DNA from: an uncultured Gemmatimonadota bacterium
Lineage (GTDB): Bacteria > JAAXHH01
Length of the DNA: 64,000 bases
NCBI GenBank assembly: GCA_951812955.1
Contig: OX638340.1
Span: 2,752,001 to 2,816,000, forward strand
Direction: 5' to 3'
Below the pieces are notes generated by a model. That model did no database searches, had not been told where the DNA came from, and saw only the letters and a list, made by a program, of their open reading frames with translations. A program made the position numbers and the translations under genes. This document shows, piece after piece, positions 1 through 11,200 of this stretch. Every line of letters starts with the position of its first letter. Within the stretch, counting starts at the first letter, position 1.

Positions 1-172
1 AGCCTGTTGCGGGTCGTACAGGCCGCCGTCCGTCCCGTGTCTCGTCCCGTATTTCAACTTGACAGTACGCCCCGAAGCCGGGATATTTAACGTAGTAAAT
101 GGACAGGCCTTCCGTTTCCCATTCAACCAGGAATGGCTTGTCAACCAACCAAACCGATCCCGCCCTGGTCTT

Positions 173-2686
173 ATGTCCGCCCAGTCTTCGCGACCGCACC
201 GGTGTCGTACCATCCTCGCCGGAATACTCCTGTCCTGCTGCCTGCTGAGTTCCACGGCAGTCACGATGACGTCTGACGCGCAGCCGGAATCCAGGCCTGT
301 CGACACCCTGGATGCACTGCTCGCGGAAGGCATATCCCTCTACGATCAGCAGAAATTCGAGGAAGCGAAAGGGGTCTTCCAGGAAGCGGTGCGCCTGAAG
401 AGCAGGTCAGGGGAAGCCCGCTACTGGCTGGGTGTCGCCCATTATGAACTGGGCGACGACAGGGAAGCGGCGAAACAACTGCGAATCGCCGTTCGGCACG
501 AGCGGAAGAACCCGGATGTGCACTTTGCGCTGGGCCGGACGTATATGCGCATGAAGAACCGCATGGTCGACGCGCGCAAAAGCTTTAAGCAGGCCCTCCG
601 GTACGATCCGGCACACTCTGAGGTGCACTACTTTCTCGGGATCGCGTACCTGACGCAGAGCAAGCGGGATCCCGCGGCTCCGCTTTACGTCCTGCAGGCC
701 CGGAGATCATTCAGCCAGGCGGCTGCGGCGAATCCGCTGCACCCGGACGCCTACTACCGGTTGGGACTGTCCTACGAAAACCCTTCACGGGATTACAAGA
801 AGGCGCTGGCCTTGTTCTACCGGCAGCTCATGGTAAAGCCCGATCACCGGGATGCGCTTTATCACCTGGAGAGATGCAGCTACCTGCTCAAGCAGTATCA
901 GCAAGGCATCGATCTGCTGATGCAGGTGGTCGAAATCCACGGCGGCGACGTGCCGGACTACGTTCACACGTTGATCAACAAACTCAAGGCCACGATGCTG
1001 CAGTCCCAGAACCGGTTTGCCGAAGCGGATCAGGCCTACGAGGAATTCCTGGCGAAGGCAGAGCCGGAGGTACGCGTACACTACATGGACCTGGCCTACG
1101 TGGCGTCGGAGGAGGAATACCGGCAATACCGGGCTTTGGAAACGCAGGAAGACAAAGCGGAATTCAGACGCAGGTTCTGGGCGGCCCGCGATCCGAAGCC
1201 GGCCACCGCCGTGAACGAACGGCTGGTCGAACACTACCGGCGGGTCATGCATGCGCGTGAGCATTTCTCGGCGGGGCAGCAGCCATGGGATCGCCGCGGC
1301 GGAATCTACATTCGTTACGGGGAACCCGACGATCAGCAGCATTTCATCATGCAGACCGGCGAGAATGCCCTGAAGAACTACCAGCCGACCGGAGACGCCC
1401 GTATCGATGCGATCCGGGAGCGCAACTTCATGTGGAGATACCGTCTGAAGGTCGACAACGCCGGTTCGGAGTGGAGTGATCCGGCATTGCGCAGCACCCG
1501 CGATCCCGAAGCGGGAAATTACCTGCCCGAACTGGAGGAACAGCGCGTTTCAAGCTTCAACTACTTTCCGCCCAAGTCCGCGAAAACGCAGGCCCTTGGC
1601 TTCCTTGCCGAAAGCTGGGTATACCTCGAGCACGATCTCGAGTTGTTTTTCGTCGACCAGGTAGGGGTAGGCAAGTATGACTACCCGCTGCAGGTGCACG
1701 AGACGAACATCGCCGAAGCCGTCGTCCAGGACAATTATCACCCCAGGCGCCTCGCGGCCGCACTGATCAAGAAGACGCCGGAATCTTACGCCTTCGACTA
1801 CGGCGGCGTTCCGCTGCGGTTAATGTATGACATCGTGTCCTACAAGGGGAGCGGCGACCTGGCCGAAGTGGAAATCGCCTACATGGTTCCTGCCGAACAA
1901 CTGGAAACGGTGAATGACGGGCGGGGAATGCGCACCTGGTTCGACGGACACGTGGTGTTTCAGGATGACGAGTACAACCGCGTAGCCCAGACCTCCAGGC
2001 GTATCGGACCCATTGATCGGCCGCTTGTATCGGAGTCCGGAAGGGACGCGGGAATCGAACTGCACATGGGCATGATGGAGATGGAAGCGCCGCCCGGCAG
2101 CTACCGCGCCGCCATAGAGGTGCAGGACGAGGCCACCCGGCGTATCGGTATATTCGAACAGGCGTACGCCGTTCCGGAATATGACGGCGAAGCGCTGATG
2201 ATGAGCGATATCAAGCTGGCGGTGTCCATCGCGCCGGTCGACTCGATCCACGGCCCCTTCATACGCAACGGGCTTGAAATCGTACCGAATCCGGCGCGCA
2301 TGTACCAGCGCAGCGATCCCGTTCACTTCTACTACGAGATATACAATCTTACCCAGGCGGAATCCGGGCGAACGGCTTACCGGGTGGAGCTGGAAGTCAA
2401 GAACAAGGACCGGCCGCAGAACGTCTTCTGGCGTTTTCTGAAGGGTATAGACCGGCTGGTGCGGCGTTCGGACAACGAACAGTCCGTGCTCATGGTATTC
2501 GAAAACGAAGGAGACCGTCCGGACGAGTACAGTTACACCTCCATAGATACGGGCGCGACACCCACCGGCGCCTACGAAATGACGGTTCGTGTTCGGGACC
2601 TGCATTCCGGACAAACCGCCACACGGACGAAAGTCTTCGTCGTGACCAATGACCGGGTTTCGAAATCCGAGGCGCGCTCGGAATAA
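173..2686 (+). CDS. Secreted TPR-repeat protein with GWxTD domain (paralog 1)
   Basis: ORF 59..2686 has an internal Met at 173 followed by a hydrophobic signal-like segment (ILAGILLSCCLLSSTAV). TPR-like repeats (ARYWLGVAHYELGD...). GWxTD-like motif WDRRGGIYIRYGEPDD. Conserved C-terminal block shared with the downstream paralog (MSDIKLAVSIAP...FYYEIYNL). Confidence 0.75.
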   Translation: MSAQSSRPHRCRTILAGILLSCCLLSSTAVTMTSDAQPESRPVDTLDALLAEGISLYDQQKFEEAKGVFQEAVRLKSRSGEARYWLGVAHYELGDDREAAKQLRIAVRHERKNPDVHFALGRTYMRMKNRMVDARKSFKQALRYDPAHSEVHYFLGIAYLTQSKRDPAAPLYVLQARRSFSQAAAANPLHPDAYYRLGLSYENPSRDYKKALALFYRQLMVKPDHRDALYHLERCSYLLKQYQQGIDLLMQVVEIHGGDVPDYVHTLINKLKATMLQSQNRFAEADQAYEEFLAKAEPEVRVHYMDLAYVASEEEYRQYRALETQEDKAEFRRRFWAARDPKPATAVNERLVEHYRRVMHAREHFSAGQQPWDRRGGIYIRYGEPDDQQHFIMQTGENALKNYQPTGDARIDAIRERNFMWRYRLKVDNAGSEWSDPALRSTRDPEAGNYLPELEEQRVSSFNYFPPKSAKTQALGFLAESWVYLEHDLELFFVDQVGVGKYDYPLQVHETNIAEAVVQDNYHPRRLAAALIKKTPESYAFDYGGVPLRLMYDIVSYKGSGDLAEVEIAYMVPAEQLETVNDGRGMRTWFDGHVVFQDDEYNRVAQTSRRIGPIDRPLVSESGRDAGIELHMGMMEMEAPPGSYRAAIEVQDEATRRIGIFEQAYAVPEYDGEALMMSDIKLAVSIAPVDSIHGPFIRNGLEIVPNPARMYQRSDPVHFYYEIYNLTQAESGRTAYRVELEVKNKDRPQNVFWRFLKGIDRLVRRSDNEQSVLMVFENEGDRPDEYSYTSIDTGATPTGAYEMTVRVRDLHSGQTATRTKVFVVTNDRVSKSEARSE

Positions 2687-2724
2687 TACTCGTCTTCATC
2701 CGCGCGCTTCAAGGACGGCGCAAC

Positions 2725-5097
2725 ATGTCCAGCTTGAGCATACTACCCCCCCTGCTTGTCCTGCTACTGCACGTAACGTGGTTGCCGCCCGTCGCCGCCC
2801 AGGAAGCGGAATCCCTCCTGGATCGGGCAAGGACACTGTATGGCGAAGGCGAATACCGGCGGGCGGAGTCCACACTGAGAGGCCTGCTCGAACGGCAACC
2901 CGGATCGCCGCAGGCCTTGCTGTGGCTGAGTCGCACGCTCGACCGGCTGGAACGGTATGACGAGGCCGAGCACGCCGTCAAGGAAGCGCTGAGGGCCGAC
3001 AGCGCTTCCCCGGAACCCCTCATACAACTTGCACGGGTCTACATGCTCAAAGACAAGAATAAAGAAGCGCGGAAGGTCCTGGACGAGGCCGAGAAGCTGG
3101 CGCCTGACAACGCGGACGTATTCTACTATCGCGGGCGCACCTATGGAAAGGTCAGGCTCTCGTTTTTCCGGCCCGGGACGGCCGAGCGGGAATCCCGGAT
3201 CCGGGACGCGTCCTTTCGGCGCGCCATCGAGTTGAACCCGATGCATCCCGATGCTTTATTTCAATTGGGATACGACATCGAAGAGAACAGAAACGATCCG
3301 GCAACCGCGATTGACTGGTATTTAAAGCAGGCGTCCGTAAATCCAGGACATGACGAAGCGGTCAAACGCCTGGCCATCTGTGCCATAAAGGCGAAGGACT
3401 ACCTGCAGGGATACCTGCTGCTGCAGCAGGTCGCCACGGCACAGGGTTCGGCCGTCAACCCCCTGATCGAAGGACTTGCGGGACAGCTCGAAGCCTACCA
3501 CTACCATACCCTCGACCAGCACGAACGAGCTTTCGTGGCCATGCGGCGATACGTCGCGGTCCTGTCGGAAGCCTATCCCGAAGAAGCGGCCGAGTTCAAG
3601 GATCTCTCTCTGGTGGCATCCTCGAAGGAAGCCGAAGCCTTTCGCGAAGCGTCGGAACAGGAAAGGACAGCGTTGTGGCGGACTTACTGGGCAGCCCGCG
3701 ATCCTGATCCGACCACGCGCATCAACGAACGGCTGGTGGAACACTACCGGCGGATGATCTATTCCAGGCTGCAGTTTTCAGGGGGCAAGGATCCCTGGGA
3801 CCGCCGAGGCGAGATCTATGTCCGGTTCGGTCATCCGGACGACCGTCAACAGTTCATCCTGAAATCCGGGGAGGACGTGATCCAGGCGATTTTCCCGACG
3901 GGGATCCGGGACGTGGACATGATCCGCGAACTCAGTCGGCAGCGACTCAATATGCAAGTCAGCACCGGGGCTCCGATCCAGGATTTCGGCGAATTCAGCG
4001 CGCGGGCCGGACGCGAGACCAAATCGGTCGCTTTCCCGACGGAAAGCTGGGTTTACGTCCCCTTCGGCCTGGAGATATTCTTCACCGACCAGCGTAATTC
4101 ACAGGTCTTCGACTACCCGCTCCAGGTGATTGACCTGCCTGACCTGGCGGGTAATTTCGGCACGACGGACCGACTGGCGTACAACTTCCTGAATACGCCG
4201 CGAAAACAGGCGGAGGAATTGGTCAGAAAGGTGTCCGAATACCATCGCCACGACTACGGCGGAGATCCACTCAACTTCGTATACTACCTCGCGTCATTCA
4301 AGGGCACCGATGGCGGGGTGGAGGTGGAAGTGGCCTACAGCGTTCCCTCGGTCCAGCTTGGCAACGTAGAAGATGGTCTCGGAGAACGGACCTGGCTGTC
4401 CGGGCGCCTCGCTCTCCAGGACATGGACTTCAACTTCGTTCAGGGGTTGCCTTTCAAGATGGGACCGCTTCGCCGCCCCGTGTCTGAGCAGGAAAATCTG
4501 CAACTCAGTACAGGAGCGTTCCGGTTCAGCGCGCGGCCCGGGGAGTACCGGTCCGCGGTTTCTCTGCGGGATTCGATTTCGCAGAAGTACGGCATCTTCA
4601 CGTCGCCGCTTCAAATTTCGGATTACAGCGCCAATCAGATGCTGCTGAGCGACATAAAGCTCGCCGCATCCATCGTTCCCACAGATGGAACGGGACTGCT
4701 CGTTCGCAACGGCCTTTCCATTACCCCTCACCCGGCACGCATCTATTCCCACGCGACGCCGGTGTACTTCTACTACGAGATCTACAATCTGGAACGGAAT
4801 GCCGACGGCCGGACAAGATTTCGTACGGAGCTGGAGATTGCCGCCAGGGAACCCAGACGGAACCTCGTATTCAGGCTCTTGACCAACCTGGGCCGGCTGG
4901 TCGGCCAGAGTTCCGATGACCAAACGACCTACACGACCTTCGAAGACGAGGGCACGTGGGTAGACGACTTCAAATACACGTCGATCGAAACGGAGGAACT
5001 GGATCCGGGAACCTACACCCTTACGCTGACCGTCACGGATCTCCATACCGGAGAGAAGGACATGAAGATGGTTGAATTCATAGTGGTCCGGGGATGA
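2725..5097 (+). CDS. Secreted TPR-repeat protein with GWxTD domain (paralog 2)
   Basis: Signal peptide MSSLSILPPLLVLLLHVTWLPPVAAQ. TPR repeats. Motif WDRRGEIYVRFGHPDD. C-terminal region colinear with the upstream paralog. Confidence 0.8.
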   Translation: MSSLSILPPLLVLLLHVTWLPPVAAQEAESLLDRARTLYGEGEYRRAESTLRGLLERQPGSPQALLWLSRTLDRLERYDEAEHAVKEALRADSASPEPLIQLARVYMLKDKNKEARKVLDEAEKLAPDNADVFYYRGRTYGKVRLSFFRPGTAERESRIRDASFRRAIELNPMHPDALFQLGYDIEENRNDPATAIDWYLKQASVNPGHDEAVKRLAICAIKAKDYLQGYLLLQQVATAQGSAVNPLIEGLAGQLEAYHYHTLDQHERAFVAMRRYVAVLSEAYPEEAAEFKDLSLVASSKEAEAFREASEQERTALWRTYWAARDPDPTTRINERLVEHYRRMIYSRLQFSGGKDPWDRRGEIYVRFGHPDDRQQFILKSGEDVIQAIFPTGIRDVDMIRELSRQRLNMQVSTGAPIQDFGEFSARAGRETKSVAFPTESWVYVPFGLEIFFTDQRNSQVFDYPLQVIDLPDLAGNFGTTDRLAYNFLNTPRKQAEELVRKVSEYHRHDYGGDPLNFVYYLASFKGTDGGVEVEVAYSVPSVQLGNVEDGLGERTWLSGRLALQDMDFNFVQGLPFKMGPLRRPVSEQENLQLSTGAFRFSARPGEYRSAVSLRDSISQKYGIFTSPLQISDYSANQMLLSDIKLAASIVPTDGTGLLVRNGLSITPHPARIYSHATPVYFYYEIYNLERNADGRTRFRTELEIAAREPRRNLVFRLLTNLGRLVGQSSDDQTTYTTFEDEGTWVDDFKYTSIETEELDPGTYTLTLTVTDLHTGEKDMKMVEFIVVRG

Positions 5098-5211
5098 GGG
5101 GTTCGAGGTGGCCGATCACGTTCGCGGGATCATTACGTTTGGTTTTCTGATGCGCAGGACGGCCGGCAATCAGCCGGTACGCTTGGCTGATGTTACAAGC
5201 GGGTCGCGGCA

Positions 5212-8200
5212 TCAGGCTCGCTTCTGGCGAACTCCAGGTGCGATCAGGCGGTAGAGCGCGGGGGTTACGAACAGGACGAGAACCGTGGATATTGCAAGGC
5301 CGCTGAGGCCGGTGTAGGACAGGCTGGTCCAGAGATCCCGCGTGGAGGGATGTCCGGTGATGAGCAGCGGTGTGAGCCCCACGAGCGTCGTCAGGGACGT
5401 GATCAGGATGGGACGCAGGCGCTGTCCGGCCGCGGTTATGATCGCCTCATCGAGGAGCATGCCGCTTCGCTGAAGGCGGGCCATGCAGTCCACGAGCAGG
5501 ATCGCGTTGTTGACCACGATGCCGATCATGAAGACGGTGCCGAGATAGGCGCCGCGGTCGAAACTCAGATCGAAATACCAGAAAACAAGGAAAATGCCGG
5601 TCAGCCCCATGGGAACCGTCATCAGAACGACCAGGGCTCGACGGAACGATTCGAACAGGGCCGAGGTAATCAGTAAAACAAGCGCGACGGCCAAGCCTAG
5701 GGCGAAGTTCATTTCACCTCGGTCAGCCTGATCGAAATCCGACCAGTTTGGCACGTCGATGCGGTAGCCCGGCGGTAGATCGACCGACGCGAGAAATGAT
5801 CGGCGGTAGCGGTCGGCCAGGCGGATAGTTCCGACGAACTCATAAGATATCCATCGCTCGTACTGTTGCTCGCTGCGCAGAATGTCCGTCGAAACGCGCT
5901 TGAATGCCAGTACGCCGGCGTCCCCGGCGTTAATTCGGCGATCCGCGCCGCCTAGCGGGATGCGTTCGAAGCCGGTGGTTTGCTCCTTGCGGGCGACAAG
6001 CATTCGATAGGGCACGCGACGACCCTCGATCAGGAGTTCGCCGTCCGGCTGGTGTCGGTCGGTGTACGGGAACAACGCCGTGCTCAAGTCGTTCAGTCTC
6101 ATGCCGGCCCGCGCCAAGACCCGTTGCGACGGTTTCAACTGTAGCTCGTAGTATGGACCGCCGCTCCCGAACCCCCCACGGGGCGAATGGGTGATTTCGA
6201 CGTTACGCACGCGGCGGTGTCTGCCCAGTTTCAAGGCGAGGCGCTCGGCGTGATTCCGCAGGTCGTCGAAATTGTACCCCCGAAGCCGGTAGTTGATAGA
6301 AACGGCCCTTTCGCCACCCGTTGAAAACCCCTGGCCGTAACCGTAAACGCCGATATCCAACCCTCCGAACCGGGTGGCCATGTTCTCCATCTCCGCTTCC
6401 ATGGCGTAGGGCAATGGCGACCGGGCGGTCCTGTCGATGAAGAGGGTGTGCACTCTGGCCCGCGTTTCCTGTACCGTTGCGGTCACCTGGACGCCTTTGC
6501 CCCCCACCGCCAGTGCATATCGTTCGAAAGCTACCGCCACCGAATCCACGGTGGCGGTTTCCATCCCCGGGGGGCCATATATGACGACATCGATATAGGT
6601 GTAGGCGCCGCCCCAGGAGAACGACGGTCCTTTCCACACGTCTGTAATGAAGAGATACACGCTGAGACCGAAGCCGGTCACGATAGCGACCGCGATCGGC
6701 CATCGCCACCGGATCATTCGAGCGACGACGCCTTTGTACCACCGGCCGATGCGCGTTGATTTCCGCGATCCGGCCTGCAAAGTGGCACCTCGGTCCAGGA
6801 GGCGCCCGATCACGGGCACCCAGATGCCGGCGACTGCCACGGAAGCCAGGAGCGTCAGTCCGAGACCGAGCGCGAAGGGACCGATGTGTTGCTTCAACTC
6901 GTTTGAGAGATAGATGATGGGGACGAGGGCGACGACGGTCGTCAGCGTCGTCGCTGCGACGGGTATCAACATTTCCGTCGTGCCCTGCACCGTCGCACTG
7001 TCTCGATCCTCGCCTTCCTCGCGTCGACGTCGGATGTTCTCATACACGACCACCGCGTTGTCCACGAGTATACCGAAAGCCAGGGCGAGACCCGATATGG
7101 TCAACAGATCGAGACCCAATCCGAGTGCCTTGAAGCAGATCATCGCGCCAAGCGCGGAGAGGGCAATGGTGGAGAGGAGTATGACAACCGTCCGCAACTG
7201 ACGCAAAAACAGCAGCAGTAACAGGACGATAGCGATCAGGGCGACGGACACGCGCAGGGCGATGTCCCGCAATGCCAGGCGCACGTCGTCGCTGCGGTCG
7301 ACGATCAACGACAGGACGACGCCCGAAGGCAATAGATCGCCCAGGGTCTCCATTTGATTTTTTACGCGGTCGGCCACGTTGAGCATGTTGGTACCGGGTT
7401 GCCTGGCGATCTCTACGGTGATCGCCGGCAGCCCGTTCACCCGGGACACGCCCTGGGGAGTCGAGAGGGTCCACCGCGTCTCGGCTAGATCGCCAAGACG
7501 CAGGACGCGATCGCCGTCCGAGGTAACGGGCAGTCGGGCCAGGTCGTGTATCCCGACCGCCAAGGGCGCCGTCCACAAAGGGACCGACGCGCCACGTCGA
7601 CGGAGGGTGCCGGCGGCGTGGGATTCGACGCCCAGGCGCAGGGCCCTGTGGAAATCCGCAGGAGACAAGCCGGTATTTTCCATGCGGCTCGCGTCGAGCA
7701 GCAAGTGCAGTTCCTCTTCTCTGCCTCCGATGACCTCGACGTCCGAAACGCCATCGACGGCCAGCAGCGCAGGGCGGATATCCTCCAGCGCCAGTCGACG
7801 TAGCGCATGATCGGTCACAGGACCGGACAAACGATAGCTCATGAAACCATCCAGATCTCGGAAAATCTCGGGCGGTGCCTCGGATACGCGCGGCCGAACG
7901 TGGGGTGGCAGGTCTGGACGCAGGACGGCAAGCCGGTCCACGACGAGGGCGCGCGTGACGGCGACAGGAGCAGCCGGGTCGCAGCCCGCCTGAACGCGCG
8001 CGTTTCCTTCCCTGGAAACAGAGCGGACTTCGACGATGCCGGGAACGGAGGCCAACTCCGCTTCAATAGGCGCCGTCACGTGCTTGACGACGGCTTCGGA
8101 AGAAGCGCCGGGCCAGTCCGCCGAGATGACGAGGGTTGGGTAGTCTATGTCGGGCTGCAACGACAGGGGCAGTTGCGCTAAGGAAGCGACGCCCAGCGCC

Positions 8201-8268
8201 AGGACGACGAGGCCCGCCGCGCCGACGGCGATGGGACGATGAATTGCAGAGGAGAGAAATCTATCCAT
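5212..8268 (-). CDS. RND family efflux transporter permease (AcrB/CzcA superfamily), subunit 2
   Basis: 1018 aa. 12-TM RND architecture with large periplasmic loops; typical N-terminus (IHRPIAVGAAGLVVLALGVASLAQLPLSLQPDIDYP) and many RND consensus blocks. Confidence 0.9.
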   Translation of the reverse strand: MDRFLSSAIHRPIAVGAAGLVVLALGVASLAQLPLSLQPDIDYPTLVISADWPGASSEAVVKHVTAPIEAELASVPGIVEVRSVSREGNARVQAGCDPAAPVAVTRALVVDRLAVLRPDLPPHVRPRVSEAPPEIFRDLDGFMSYRLSGPVTDHALRRLALEDIRPALLAVDGVSDVEVIGGREEELHLLLDASRMENTGLSPADFHRALRLGVESHAAGTLRRRGASVPLWTAPLAVGIHDLARLPVTSDGDRVLRLGDLAETRWTLSTPQGVSRVNGLPAITVEIARQPGTNMLNVADRVKNQMETLGDLLPSGVVLSLIVDRSDDVRLALRDIALRVSVALIAIVLLLLLFLRQLRTVVILLSTIALSALGAMICFKALGLGLDLLTISGLALAFGILVDNAVVVYENIRRRREEGEDRDSATVQGTTEMLIPVAATTLTTVVALVPIIYLSNELKQHIGPFALGLGLTLLASVAVAGIWVPVIGRLLDRGATLQAGSRKSTRIGRWYKGVVARMIRWRWPIAVAIVTGFGLSVYLFITDVWKGPSFSWGGAYTYIDVVIYGPPGMETATVDSVAVAFERYALAVGGKGVQVTATVQETRARVHTLFIDRTARSPLPYAMEAEMENMATRFGGLDIGVYGYGQGFSTGGERAVSINYRLRGYNFDDLRNHAERLALKLGRHRRVRNVEITHSPRGGFGSGGPYYELQLKPSQRVLARAGMRLNDLSTALFPYTDRHQPDGELLIEGRRVPYRMLVARKEQTTGFERIPLGGADRRINAGDAGVLAFKRVSTDILRSEQQYERWISYEFVGTIRLADRYRRSFLASVDLPPGYRIDVPNWSDFDQADRGEMNFALGLAVALVLLITSALFESFRRALVVLMTVPMGLTGIFLVFWYFDLSFDRGAYLGTVFMIGIVVNNAILLVDCMARLQRSGMLLDEAIITAAGQRLRPILITSLTTLVGLTPLLITGHPSTRDLWTSLSYTGLSGLAISTVLVLFVTPALYRLIAPGVRQKRA

Positions 8269-8274
8269 GGACGG

Positions 8275-11200
8275 TCAGTTCTCATTGGCGGCGCGGACCG
8301 GTCCGGCCAGCAGTCGGTAAGCGAGGGGTACTACGAACAGGGTCAGCGCGGAACCTATGATCAATCCGCCGATGAGTGTACGCGCCAGTGGCGCGCCCAG
8401 TTCACCGCCCGCGCCGAACCCTGCGGCCAGCGGCGCGACACCGCAGACCGTGGTCACGGTCGTCATTAGAATCGGACGCAATCGGCGCCGGCCTGCCTCG
8501 TGAATGGCCTCCCTGCGGGAAAGTCCTTCTCTTTCGGCACGCACGATGAAATCGACTTTCAGGATCGCATCGTTCACGACGATACCGACAAGGACGATAG
8601 CGCCGATCCAGGTGATGACGTTGACGCTCGCCCCCCACAGGCTAAGGACGACGACAGCGCCCGCCAGCGCCAGGGGAACGACGGCGATGATGATCCACGG
8701 AAGGCGTAGCGATTCGAACTGGGCCGCCAGGATCAGGAGTACGATCAGAATCGAGAACGCCAGCGAGATCAGCATGGACCGATAGGCTGTTCGCAACGTC
8801 GACTGGGCGCCGCCGATATCGACTTCCAGACCGTCCGCCCGGTTGCTCGTCCATCCCGCGTCCGCCAGCAGGCCCCGTATGCGATCGGATACACCGATCA
8901 GGTCGTCACTGTCGATATCCGCGTTTACGATCGCTACGGGCGTCTGGTCGACGCGATACAGTTCGCCTGCGACTTCGACTGGTTCGACCGTTGCCAACGT
9001 GCGTATGGGAACCCGGCCCACGGCCGTATCGATGGGTTCGTCCAGAATGGCCTGCAACCCGGGCTGTTCCTCCTGGCTTCCCCGCACCACGATGGGTATG
9101 CGTTCATCGGTTCGGTTGAACATGGTCGCCGTCCGTCCATCCATGTAGGTACGCAACGCGTCGGCGATCTTCGCGGGCTCCACGCCGAGTTGCGCGGCGC
9201 GGCGTTCATCCACCACGACGCGATAGCCCGGTCGTCCTTCGACCCCCTGAAGGACGACATCAGCCAGCGGCAACCCGGACGCACTCAACAACGACCGCAG
9301 GACTTCCGCAACGTTTCCGGACGTGTTTTGATCGTCGCGTCCGTCGCTTCTGCGCGTGAGCACCTTGATGGATACGTCGGGTTGGTTTCCGATCAGCGCT
9401 GTCGACATGGCGGTGACCGGCGGTTTCATTTCGACCGCGGTTCCCAGGTGAACCGGAATCTGCCTCCTCAAGGTCGCCATGGCCGTTTGGACGTCGGTCG
9501 CGGTTTCATCGAGATAAACCTGTATCTGCGCCTGTTCAAGTCTCATGGCCCCCGGCGCCGACCCCGGCACGAAGGAAGACACGGCTGCGCCCGCCGTGGT
9601 CAGCGTGCCGCGCACCCCCGGGAGGGAGCGAGCGATGTCGGACAGTTCGCGTGCGGATTCCAGGGTGGCTTCCAACGAAGAACCCTGCGACAGCGAAAGT
9701 TCCATCCAGAACGCACCTTCATCGACTTTCGGAAAGAATGCCCGGGGAAGGGACCGACCCAGGTGCGCAGCGGCTGCCAAGAAAACCAGCAACAGGACCG
9801 AAGTCCGTATCGGATGATCGATGATTGCGTCCACGGCGCGGCGATACATATCATGGAACCTGGAGGACCGCGACGATACGCGGGTGGCGTCGCGCCGCGT
9901 CCATCGGGCCACGAGGGTAGGGAGCAGGGTCAGCGCCACGACCCACGCGAGCAGGAGCGTCACGGTGACGGCCAGCGCCTGATCCCGGAATAACTGTCCC
10001 GCGACGCCCGGCGTCAAGGCCATCGGCAGGAATACCGAGACGGTGGTGAGCGTAGATGCGGCCATGGGCAGTGCCACCTCCGTGGCGCCGCGTCCCGCAG
10101 CCGAATTCGCGTCGAGGCCGGTCTCCCGGTGCCGCGCGATGTTCTCGACGGAGATGATGGCGTTGTCCACCAGCATGCCGACGCCGAGTGCCAGGCCACC
10201 AATGGACATGACGTTCAATCCCACGTCTAGCGTGTCGAAAACGAAGAAGGAAGCGATAACGGCCACCGGCATGGCGATTGCTACGGGGATAGCGTAACGG
10301 ACGTTCCGGAACCAGAGAAGCAGGGCTAGGAACGCCAGCACGCCGCCGCCGGCCAGTGCCGTCAGCGCACCCCGGATGGACCGCCGGACGAAGTCGGCCT
10401 GATCGAATGCCGAGGTCAGCGCGATATCCGGATATTCGGCGTAGAATCCCACTATCACCCGATTAACATCGTCGCTGGTCGTCAGCAGATTTGCGTCCGC
10501 GGTCTTCTGGATCAGGACACCGACGGCGGGCATCCCGTCGAACAGTACGGCCCCCAGCCGCTCGCGTTCGCCCATCTCCACCTCCGCCACGTCGCGTAAA
10601 CGTATCGGTGCGGCCCCGGGTTCGCGGATCAGCACGGCTTCGCGCATATCCTCCAGGGACCGGAATGCGCCGTCAATCCTCAGGGCGTAGCGGTAGTTTC
10701 CGCGACGAAGGAGACCGGCGGGCTTGTCCTGATTATATGCCGCCAGCATTGCGTGTACGGCGTCCAGGGTCAGATCGTACGCGGAGAGACGGGTGGGGTC
10801 TATCGTGATCCGTACCTCCGGCCCGGCGCCGCCGATCACCCTGGCGCGGGCGACGCCCGGCGTCTGTTCCAGCCGGGGTCGCAGTATACGCTCTCCCATC
10901 TGTTGCAACGTAGCCAGGGAAGGTCCATCCTCCCCTGATCCGGATCTGAGCGCCAGGCCCATCATGGGCGCGTTGTCGGGATCAGTATCCAGAACCACGG
11001 GACGGTCGCTGTCCTCGGGCAGGTTAAACCGTTGCGCGTCCAGCCTTTCGCGCACGATCTGGACCGTGTTTCGAAGATCGGAGCTCCAGGCCAGTTCGAC
11101 GGTCACGAGGGATTCGCCCTCCCTGGAGATGGACCGCACCCGTTGTGCGCCGGGCAGGTTCCGCAGGGTTGATTCTATGGGTTCGGTGATCTCCCGGACG

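Noticed and set aside
874-1260. 128-aa ORF (and 1017..1214, 785..1342) overlapping the first GWxTD gene
   Set aside because: Overlaps or is antisense to a much longer ORF with clear domain structure. Arg/Gly/Pro-rich translation typical of off-frame reading of GC-rich coding DNA.
6203-6742. 179-aa antisense ORF inside RND permease 2 (similar ones at 7040..7576, 9190..9993, 10793..11353)
   Set aside because: Embedded in RND permease genes. Low-complexity R/G/P-rich products; GC-driven spurious ORFs.
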